Assembly (NCBI GenBank): GCA_964506075.1
Contig: CAZDKO010000002.1
Coordinates: 16 to 64,015, forward strand
Direction of reading: 5' to 3'
Length of the DNA stretch: 64,000 nucleotides
Source of the DNA: an uncultured bacterium
Lineage (GTDB): Bacteria; CAZDME01; JAYEMH01
In this document: positions 56,209 through 63,096 of the stretch, one piece after another
Layout of the letters: the number at the start of each line of letters is the position of its first letter
How positions within the stretch are numbered: position 1 is the first letter of the stretch
Translations under genes and position numbers: made by a program
The notes under the pieces: generated by a model
Database searches by the model: none
What the model saw: only the letters and a program-made list of their open reading frames with translations
What the model was told of the DNA's origin: nothing

Positions 56209-56258
56209 CAATATTGTTGGGTGTTCACCAAGAGAATTATTAACGTGCGACAATATTG
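56209..56258. promoter_or_regulatory. Pair of palindromic CAATATTG boxes (candidate operator) upstream of the 56337 gene
   Basis: GCAATATTGTTGG (box at 56209-56216) and GACAATATTGTGG (box at 56251-56258). The 8-bp perfect palindromes lie 42 bp apart centre to centre. Confidence 0.4.
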
Positions 56259-56336
56259 TGGAAAAACTAGACCATTATTTAGCAGAATATATTCGATGAA
56301 TATCAAAAACAATGTTTTCGAAAAGGTTATTAATGT

Positions 56337-57206
56337 ATGCGCGCCTCTAAATATATAGCTATAGGGATAGTTTTTTTACTAGCAGCCGTTGTGCAGGGGT
56401 CGCTTAGATATATTACGCCGGAATTAATTAGTACATTCCAGAATAATCCTATACTAATAAATGTTTTGGCGGGACTGTCTCATAATAAATTCTATACATC
56501 AGTAATAGCCAGCACAATAATGGCGTCTCAATTATTATTGGGGATTATTTTATATCCGCGAGATTATATAAAAAAGCGAAAAACAAAAATTCTGAAACGC
56601 ATACATTCAAATTTATTTAATGATGATACCAATCACAGGGTAACGTTATTTAAAGAGGTAGGTTATATTCACGCATTGTGGGAATATGTGTGGACATTAT
56701 TTTATCACTTAAGGCCGAAATATTTCTTTAGGTTTTTGCTTCATTTAAAAAAATTCCCATGCCCGGCAAATTATTTAATCATAGATATCAGAGAGGGACG
56801 CTTTAAAAAATCACGGACAATGTTCAAAGTAGAAGAAAACATTTTGGGCAACTGCGAAGGAATTGTCGGAATGATAAGATGCCAAAAAGCTATGAGCCTT
56901 TGCGTTTCCGATTTGCCAGATATAACAAATATAGACCTCGATAGTATAGATTTATCAAATATGCGAAAGAACGAAACTAAAACAGTTCGAGAGTATATGG
57001 AAAAGGGTTACATAAAAAACATAGAATCGTTAAAAATTCTACATTTAAAATCTCGACATTTTTTAGGTTCGGTAATTTATAAAACCGAAGGCGTGCCATG
57101 CGCAATGCTTTTAGTAGATAGTACATCAGAATCTAATCCATTTACAGAAAAGGTGGTGGATAAGTTTACTGTATATAGTGAATTTTTAACTGACTTGATA
57201 TCATAA
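56337..57206 (+). CDS. Membrane protein: two N-terminal TM helices plus GAF-like cytoplasmic domain (tentative)
   Basis: TM segments YIAIGIVFLLAAVVQGSL and SVIASTIMASQLLLGIILY. The C-terminal pattern (RVTLFKEVG...GIVGM...HFLGSVIY..EGVPCAMLLVDS...F) loosely resembles GAF folds. No confident family match. Confidence 0.35.
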   Translation: MRASKYIAIGIVFLLAAVVQGSLRYITPELISTFQNNPILINVLAGLSHNKFYTSVIASTIMASQLLLGIILYPRDYIKKRKTKILKRIHSNLFNDDTNHRVTLFKEVGYIHALWEYVWTLFYHLRPKYFFRFLLHLKKFPCPANYLIIDIREGRFKKSRTMFKVEENILGNCEGIVGMIRCQKAMSLCVSDLPDITNIDLDSIDLSNMRKNETKTVREYMEKGYIKNIESLKILHLKSRHFLGSVIYKTEGVPCAMLLVDSTSESNPFTEKVVDKFTVYSEFLTDLIS

Positions 57207-57220
57207 TAAAGGAGATAGAA

Positions 57221-57643
57221 ATGACCACTATTAACATTGACCAGAATAGATACAAACAAGCTATACCATTTTTTGATTCGAGAGGAATAAAAATAACCAT
57301 GTATTTACCACCGATTTTTATTCCCCAATCAGTAAACGGTAGCTATATATCAGAGGACGACTCTTTTGAAATAAAATTTAACTATAAAGAAATAGAAGTA
57401 GCAATAACGTTATTTGATAATGATCACGCCCGTTTTATGGTAGGAAAACATACAAAAAAACCGTTAGCCCTGCATATAAAAAATGTAAAGAAACAAGGTG
57501 TTACATTTATTACTTTAGAACAAATTTTTAATGATGCAATAAGCAAAGTAGATAAACCTATAGAAAAGGGTAATATGGAAGTAGCAAAATCTGTTGTTAC
57601 AGATAATGTTGAAAGTTTTGCAAGTACAGTCCCTAGTATATAA
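57221..57643 (+). CDS. Hypothetical protein (140 aa)
   Basis: AAGGAG SD sits 6 nt upstream, with a 14-nt gap to the preceding gene. No recognisable motif. Confidence 0.4.
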   Translation: MTTINIDQNRYKQAIPFFDSRGIKITMYLPPIFIPQSVNGSYISEDDSFEIKFNYKEIEVAITLFDNDHARFMVGKHTKKPLALHIKNVKKQGVTFITLEQIFNDAISKVDKPIEKGNMEVAKSVVTDNVESFASTVPSI

Positions 57644-57661
57644 AATTATTTCGAGGATCAA

Positions 57662-58027
57662 ATGAAAGATGTCACAAGAAGAGCCGTTGCGTTTATTGCA
57701 GGGTGCTTAATAAGCGGGGAAAAAGCGTCTGCGATATATGATTATTCTGCGGCAAAATATTTCAATTTTAGTGGTAAAGTATCCGAAAAGGATATATCCC
57801 TTTATGATCATGAGCTAAATTGTAACATTATTGCGGGATTCGGAACTGTAAATTCTTATTCACTATACCATTACGGCACTAAGAAACACATTGCCCTTGA
57901 AATAAAACAAGCAAATTTTACAGGATACGACTACGATTCGGGGAAACATTTCCAAGGTTCTGTAGCTAATACAGCTATAAATATATATGATTATGAAACA
58001 GGACAGTATTATAATTTCTCGATATAG
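57662..58027 (+). CDS. Hypothetical protein made of ~5 degenerate ~20-aa YDY-type beta-hairpin repeats; weak lipobox
   Basis: Repeats: IYDYSAAKYFNFSG / LYDHELNCNIIAGFG / LYHYGTKKHIALEI / GYDYDSGKHFQGSV / IYDYETGQYYNFSI. The N-terminal RRAVAFIAGC resembles a short lipoprotein signal. Confidence 0.4.
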   Translation: MKDVTRRAVAFIAGCLISGEKASAIYDYSAAKYFNFSGKVSEKDISLYDHELNCNIIAGFGTVNSYSLYHYGTKKHIALEIKQANFTGYDYDSGKHFQGSVANTAINIYDYETGQYYNFSI

Positions 58028-58063
58028 TATCAGGTCCGTCAAAATATTCTTTTTCAGCAAAAA

Positions 58064-58098
58064 GGTAAAATTTTGGTGCGGGAAAATTTTGCCTTTTT
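58064..58098 (+). terminator. Rho-independent terminator ending the three-gene module
   Basis: GGTAAAATTTT-GGTGCGGG-AAAATTTTGCC stem-loop (one mismatch) followed by TTTTT. Confidence 0.55.
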
Positions 58099-58158
58099 GT
58101 GAGGTGTTTTCACGTTGAACAAAAAAGGGTCAGAATCGTTTTTGATTAAGTATTGTCT

Positions 58159-58230
58159 CCGTAATTTTGTTTATTCCCATAGTTTTATTTTATAAAACTA
58201 AACATGGGAATAAACAAAATAAACACGGGG
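58159..58230. repeat. Family-H palindromic element, long near-perfect hairpin
   Basis: TTTTGTTTATTCCCAT and ATGGGAATAAACAAAA form a perfect 16-bp inverted repeat. The inner pair is AGTTTTAT-TTT-ATAAAACT and the outer pair CCGT/ACGG. Confidence 0.75.
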
Positions 58231-58251
58231 ATGGCGCTAAAAAGCGCAAGG

Positions 58252-58299
58252 GACAGCTACCGGTTTTAAAAATAGCTACCATACCCTGATAAAGCGAGA
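58252..58299 (+). promoter_or_regulatory. Conserved ~48-bp upstream motif, copy 2, ending 1 nt before the PIF1-like ATG
   Basis: See 56093-56139. The GATAAA hexamer ends 7 nt before the ATG at 58301 and no SD is visible, so the transcript may be leaderless. Confidence 0.5.
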
Positions 58300-58300
58300 T

Positions 58301-59620
58301 ATGAGAAAAAGAAATAGACTTCTTAATGAAGCAAATATTTTGCCTGACAACCTGGAATTAAATGATGAATTCGTAGACACTTTTAATTTAATAGAAAATA
58401 CGGATGACAGCATTTTTATTACCGGTAAGGCCGGTACCGGTAAATCAACCCTCCTTAAATATTTCAAAAAGAACACCGCTAAAAATGTCGCTATTTTAGC
58501 GCCGACCGGTATTGCGGCCATAAATGTTGGCGGCCAGACAATCCACTCTTTTTTCAGATTTCCGCCTCGTTTAATCCAGAAGGATAATATTCGCAGAAGA
58601 CGTAACAGTATAATCATTCAAAGACTCGACACAGTAATAATCGATGAAGTTTCTATGGTGCGCGCCGACGTTATGGACGGGATTGACTATGCGCTTAGGA
58701 TTGGTCGTGATGAGATGAAGCTGCCATTCGGTGGCGTCCAGATGGTATTTTTGGGAGATTTATTTCAGCTTCCCCCGGTGGTAGAGAAGGAAGCGCAAGA
58801 CATTTTTGACCAGCGCTACGATAGTCCGTATTTTTTTAAAGCCAAAGTTTTCAATAAACTGAACCTGCGATATGTGGAGTTGAATAAAAATTACCGCCAA
58901 TCAGATACCCGATTTGTTGATTTGTTGAATAAAATCCGGAATAAGACTCAAGGGGATGATGACCTTGAGCTGCTGAATGAGAGAGTGACAAAAATAATCC
59001 CGGGAGATTATAATCATCGTGTTTTTTTGACGGCTACCAATAACCGCGCCAATGCGATAAATGAAGAAAAATTAGCCGGTCTACTTGACCAGGAATATAA
59101 ATATGAAGCCGATATTACCGGCAAATTTGAAGAATCTGCTTATCCAACGGAGGATTGTTTGAGGCTTAAGAAGGGAGCACAGATTATTTTGATAAAAAAT
59201 GACCCTGATAAAAGATGGGTAAATGGCACCATTGCGGAGATTGCGGCGTTATCCCCGGGCACTATAAAAGTTTCTATAAATGGAAACATTCATGAGGTGG
59301 CAAAGGCAACCTGGGAAAAGATTAAATACGAATATAATTTAGACGAAGATAAAATTGAAGAAAAGATAATCGGTACCTTTGAACAATATCCGATAAAACT
59401 AGCCTGGGCAATTACCATCCACAAGAGCCAGGGCCAGACTTTTGACAATATTATTATAGATTTAGGAGCCGGCGCTTTTAGTCATGGCCAGGTATACGTT
59501 GGTCTTAGTCGCTGCACTTCGCTGGAAGGTATTATTTTAAAAAGGCCGGTAATTGAGAGCGACATTATTTTTGATGAAAGAGTCTACGAGTTTAGAAACA
59601 GATTTCTGAATTTAATATAA
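58301..59620 (+). CDS. PIF1/RecD-like SF1B DNA helicase
   Basis: Walker A ITGKAGTGKST, Walker B VIIDEVSMV, GDLFQLPPV, NYRQ, TIHKSQGQTFD and YVGLSRCTSLEGI. Confidence 0.85.
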   Translation: MRKRNRLLNEANILPDNLELNDEFVDTFNLIENTDDSIFITGKAGTGKSTLLKYFKKNTAKNVAILAPTGIAAINVGGQTIHSFFRFPPRLIQKDNIRRRRNSIIIQRLDTVIIDEVSMVRADVMDGIDYALRIGRDEMKLPFGGVQMVFLGDLFQLPPVVEKEAQDIFDQRYDSPYFFKAKVFNKLNLRYVELNKNYRQSDTRFVDLLNKIRNKTQGDDDLELLNERVTKIIPGDYNHRVFLTATNNRANAINEEKLAGLLDQEYKYEADITGKFEESAYPTEDCLRLKKGAQIILIKNDPDKRWVNGTIAEIAALSPGTIKVSINGNIHEVAKATWEKIKYEYNLDEDKIEEKIIGTFEQYPIKLAWAITIHKSQGQTFDNIIIDLGAGAFSHGQVYVGLSRCTSLEGIILKRPVIESDIIFDERVYEFRNRFLNLI

Positions 59621-59624
59621 AAAA

Positions 59625-59786
59625 ATGGCTAAAAATTTATATTGTCTAATGTTATTATTATTCATCTTATTGACTTTGGCGGGATGTACTACACCTTTTA
59701 ACGCCGATAAACAAACTTTACCTAATGTATCGGAGCCTAATCCGTTACAACCGGATATTTATACCCATCGCCGGTTTTACCGGTAG
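59625..59786 (+). CDS. Small putative lipoprotein (53 aa, not in ORF track)
   Basis: Hand translation gives MAKNLYCLMLLLFILLTLAGCTTPFNADKQ...RFYR* with a good lipobox (LTLAGC). It starts 5 nt after the helicase stop. Confidence 0.4.
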   Translation: MAKNLYCLMLLLFILLTLAGCTTPFNADKQTLPNVSEPNPLQPDIYTHRRFYR

Positions 59787-59841
59787 GTGGGGGAGTAAAA
59801 ATAATTAACATAACGTTGTTTTGATAAGGAGACCAATACCA

Positions 59842-60801
59842 ATGCCAGAAATACCGGAAAAAGAAATTAAACCGACTATACGCCGGCCCAAACCCGGAGA
59901 GCTTAGACGCCGGAGAATAATTTCTGAACATATACTTTCTCCTGAAGAAATTATGCGAGCCAGATTAAAGCGCTGGACACTTTCACTTATTAACACCTGG
60001 AGCCTTGCCTTAGAGCCCTACGCTATTGATATTTGTCCGGGAGGTCCTGTTTTAATCTCTGGAGTTGGTAAGGAAATTATGGTTTATTCTTCAGATGGGA
60101 CCTATCAAACGACGTGGCCAGCAGTACCCGGAGATATATCCGAAGGAATACGGGGGTTGACCGTTGATAATAGAACAACTAATGGTTCCATCTATGTAGC
60201 TATGTATGGGAGGGGGTATGTGCATGTTTTAAGCCGGAATGGAGTAGTTCAGAATAGTTGGCTGGGAACTACCAATGGACAAACTCAGATTGGACCTCAC
60301 GGATTTATTATTCTTCCTGACGGTAATCTTATTATTGCTGATGACCGTAATCATTGCCTCCATGTTTTTAAACCGGACGGCACTTACATTAGAACAATTG
60401 GCTCTCAAGGGGGAGGCGAGGGGCAGTTCAGCAATCCGCGACAATTGGCTTACGATGAGCGAAATGATGAAATCTACGTGATGGACCGGAACAATCATCG
60501 CGTTCAGGTCATTCATATTACTGGCAGTTACCGGCGCGGCTGGGGGAGTGAAGGTTCTGCTGCCGGTCAATTTAATCAGTCTCACGGTATCGCTCTGGAT
60601 AAAAATAAAAATGTTATTTACGTTGGTGATACATATAACAACCGTATCCAGGTTTTCACTACGACCGGGACTTTTCTCTGCGAGTGGAAAGACCCCGGTT
60701 TTAAGGAGCCCCGATATATGGCCATTGACAGCGCCGGCCAATTATACGTCACCTATTACCGTAATAAAAAAGTAGGGATTTTTCAATTATCAGAGGAATA
60801 A
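59842..60801 (+). CDS. NHL-repeat beta-propeller protein
   Basis: Start re-picked to ATG 59842 (AAGGAG 10 nt upstream). It has repeated NHL units (DRNHCLHVFKPDGTYIRTIGSQG.GEGQFSNPRQLAYD; DRNNHRVQVIH; TYNNRIQVFTTTGTF). Confidence 0.75.
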   Translation: MPEIPEKEIKPTIRRPKPGELRRRRIISEHILSPEEIMRARLKRWTLSLINTWSLALEPYAIDICPGGPVLISGVGKEIMVYSSDGTYQTTWPAVPGDISEGIRGLTVDNRTTNGSIYVAMYGRGYVHVLSRNGVVQNSWLGTTNGQTQIGPHGFIILPDGNLIIADDRNHCLHVFKPDGTYIRTIGSQGGGEGQFSNPRQLAYDERNDEIYVMDRNNHRVQVIHITGSYRRGWGSEGSAAGQFNQSHGIALDKNKNVIYVGDTYNNRIQVFTTTGTFLCEWKDPGFKEPRYMAIDSAGQLYVTYYRNKKVGIFQLSEE

Positions 60802-60869
60802 AAACAGCGATTGAAACATTGCCTTATTTCATAGATAAAAAAATTAAAAAAGTATGATATAATATTATT

Positions 60870-61058
60870 ATGCAACTAAAAAAATCTATTACTAAACTTA
60901 AAAAGATTAACAAAGAAGAAGATTTCTTTGCGAATGCTTCTCCGGGAGAACTTGTTTCTTTTATGTGGGAACTTACGGAGGAAATCTGGTCGCTCAGAGG
61001 AGTTAATTATGCTGAACGAAGATTACAAAGAAATGTTACAAATCTTATTGAACAATGA
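60870..61058 (+). CDS. Small protein upstream of and overlapping a nucleotidyltransferase gene (possible antitoxin-like partner)
   Basis: 62-aa ORF that overlaps the downstream gene by 50 nt. No recognisable motif. Confidence 0.3.
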   Translation: MQLKKSITKLKKINKEEDFFANASPGELVSFMWELTEEIWSLRGVNYAERRLQRNVTNLIEQ

Positions 61059-61455
61059 GGTAAAATTTCTCGTTGTCGGGGCTTATGCTATGGGGGCTTA
61101 CGGTTATCCGCGGGCAACCGGTGATTTTGACATATGGGTAGAGGCATCTCCGGATAATTCCCAAAAAATATATAACTCTCTTTTTGAATTTGGCGCACCT
61201 CTTTCCGATATCACTAAAGATACCTTTACTAAAAGGGGAGTTATTTTTCAAATCGGGGTCGCCCCCCGGCGTATTGATATTATCACGCATATTGACGGCG
61301 TCAATTTCCAGGATGCTTATAAAACAAGAGAAAATATAGAAATTGAAAACCTGTCCATACCATTCATATCAAAAGAAAACCTCATCAAAAATAAAGTCTC
61401 CACCGGCAGAGAAAAAGATAAATTAGACGCTGATTATTTAAAAGATAATAAATAA
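61009..61455 (+). CDS. Minimal nucleotidyltransferase-fold protein (DUF6036/MNT-like)
   Basis: Start re-picked to ATG 61009. LVVGAYAMGAYGYPRATGDFDIWVE matches the NTase G[SG]...DxD pattern. 148 aa. Confidence 0.6.
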   Translation: MLNEDYKEMLQILLNNEVKFLVVGAYAMGAYGYPRATGDFDIWVEASPDNSQKIYNSLFEFGAPLSDITKDTFTKRGVIFQIGVAPRRIDIITHIDGVNFQDAYKTRENIEIENLSIPFISKENLIKNKVSTGREKDKLDADYLKDNK

Positions 61456-61511
61456 AAATACCAGTTTTTTTGCAAAGCAAACCGTGTTTAAAGCACAGAG
61501 AGTAATAAAGT

Positions 61512-62591
61512 TCAGTTCAGTTTTCTATGTAAAGCGATGTTTGAAATATAGAGTCTTCTGAATTTAATGTCTTGCTCTTTTATTTTATACGAGTGCCAAT
61601 CAGCAGAGGTAAAAATATCTTTAGGTTCATTTTTATTTTTACCCTGGACATCTTTTTCCCTGAATGAGCGAAGCGGCCATTCTTTAATTCCTTTACCTAT
61701 TCCTCCGCTTGATGCATGCATAAACACGATTTTTACTACCCCTCCGTCTTTGTAGTGGACCTCTTTAACTATCCCGACGTGCAATCGGTTTTTACCTCCG
61801 CCTTCTCCTTTTACAAAGATAATGCTTCCGGGAAATACCATATTAACAAGTTCCCCGGCGAACCCTTTTTTAGCCTCCATCAGCCCTTTTTCATCATTAT
61901 TTTCTTTAGCTTTCTCACCTTTAGCTTTCCAGGTATAGAGCTTTTCGTTCATTTCCGAATCTGTCCGGATATTCCGGCAGTAATCAAAAAATGGTTTAAC
62001 GCCGACAACCTTATTGTCTCCCGCTAATTTCTTCAGGTCAATCCCGAAAGCATCACGGAGCATTTTATCCCTGACAAAACCGTCACACATCCCAACCTTT
62101 TCATAAAAGTCTTTCATCGGACGAAGCCCGTAGTATTCCTCATATTCGCTAAAGGAGGTTATTTCTTTTCCTGTTTTAGTTTTTAAGGGCTTTGATTTTA
62201 AAATCTTATCAATATCAGACTTTATTTTTTCTATTTCCTTTTCTTTTTTTTGTCTTTCCGCTTCCGTTAAAGGTTTTTTCTTGTCACTCAATTCTTTTTC
62301 CAGTTTTGCAATTTGTTCTCTCTTTTCGGCAGCAGGTTTTATCTCGGCTTTATGTAAATCAGAGTCTTTATAGTATTGGTTTGACTTGTCAAAAAATTGG
62401 CAGTATTTTTTATATACCTCATTATATATATCGTTTACCGGTTTTTGCGCTATTTCAAAGAGCCTTTTTAAGGCCGGTTTATACGGGTCGAATATTTTAC
62501 ATATGACCTTTTTACTCATCTCATTGAAATATTTATGTACCGGTCCCCATCCGCACGGACACCACGGGTCATGATTGTAAGCGTTACACAT
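61512..62591 (-). CDS. NlpC/P60-like protein with Cys/His-rich N-terminus and Lys/Glu-rich coiled-coil middle; no signal peptide
   Basis: GMCDGFVRD resembles the NlpC/P60 catalytic Cys motif (DCSGFV). PGSIIFV...RLHVGIV...IVFMHASS resembles the His region (PGDLIFF...HVGIY...IHAS). It is the only convincing minus-strand CDS in the window. Confidence 0.45.
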   Translation of the reverse strand: MCNAYNHDPWCPCGWGPVHKYFNEMSKKVICKIFDPYKPALKRLFEIAQKPVNDIYNEVYKKYCQFFDKSNQYYKDSDLHKAEIKPAAEKREQIAKLEKELSDKKKPLTEAERQKKEKEIEKIKSDIDKILKSKPLKTKTGKEITSFSEYEEYYGLRPMKDFYEKVGMCDGFVRDKMLRDAFGIDLKKLAGDNKVVGVKPFFDYCRNIRTDSEMNEKLYTWKAKGEKAKENNDEKGLMEAKKGFAGELVNMVFPGSIIFVKGEGGGKNRLHVGIVKEVHYKDGGVVKIVFMHASSGGIGKGIKEWPLRSFREKDVQGKNKNEPKDIFTSADWHSYKIKEQDIKFRRLYISNIALHRKLN

Positions 62592-62827
62592 AAGCTCTCC
62601 TTTCTGAATTTCATAATTGGCAACTCTTTATTTAACCCCTTATCCACCAAGAGCAGCCTGACGTCTGTGTATATTTACCATTATTATACCGCCAAATTGG
62701 AAGGATAAATACAATCATTTATGTTTTTTTATCATTATACGCCCTCCTAATTTATCCTCTTCTCCCGTAATAACACGCTTGCAAATGGCTCATATCGGTG
62801 TTAAAATTGAGCATAAAACGGGAGGGG

Positions 62828-63091
62828 ATGATGGGAAAAATCGCCTTTATAGCGGCTATTATATTACCCTTATGGAATATACCGCTTATCATTAGAATTA
62901 TCAAAAGAAAATCCTCTAAAGATATTAGTCTATATTGGGTCTGGGGGGTGTGGATTTGTTTTTTACTTATGGCTCCGGATGGTTTTCGTTCTTCCGACCC
63001 GGTCTGGCGGGCGTTTAACATTATGAATCTTATCCTTTTCAGCGCCGTGGCCATTGTGGTTTTAGCTTACCGAAAAATAGAGAAGAAATAG
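62828..63091 (+). CDS. Three-TM small membrane protein, PQ-loop/SemiSWEET-like (tentative)
   Basis: Start at ATG 62828 with a GGAGGGG SD. ILPLWNIPLIIRIIKRKSSKDISL resembles the PQ-loop motif, with PL in place of PQ. Confidence 0.4.
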   Translation: MMGKIAFIAAIILPLWNIPLIIRIIKRKSSKDISLYWVWGVWICFLLMAPDGFRSSDPVWRAFNIMNLILFSAVAIVVLAYRKIEKK

Positions 63092-63096
63092 GGGAG

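Noticed and set aside
56161-56358. 65-aa TTG-start ORF upstream of the membrane/GAF-like gene.
   Set aside because: It has a non-ATG start and no SD, and it overlaps the next gene's start. Its repeated QYC residues derive from the two CAATATTG boxes, so a regulatory DNA reading is preferred.
50905-58134. Short inverted match TCTGACCCCTTTTTT (50905-50919) versus AAAAAAGGGTCAGA (58121-58134) at both island edges, considered as terminal inverted repeats.
   Set aside because: It is only ~14 nt with an indel and is T/A-run dominated. The left copy also reads as a terminator-like hairpin. It is too weak alone and is mentioned only as a possible adjunct to the island-boundary finding.
60229-60741. 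170-aa minus-strand ORF, plus small plus-strand ORFs at 60275 and 60548.
   Set aside because: All lie within the NHL-repeat gene, whose repeat structure supports the annotated frame.
59625-60801. Considered that the small lipoprotein ORF and the NHL gene are one frameshifted secreted NHL lipoprotein.
   Set aside because: They are in different frames separated by a stop (TAG 59784-86) and a further in-frame stop (TAA 59809-11). ATG 59842 has its own good AAGGAG SD. Pseudogenisation cannot be excluded but is not supported.
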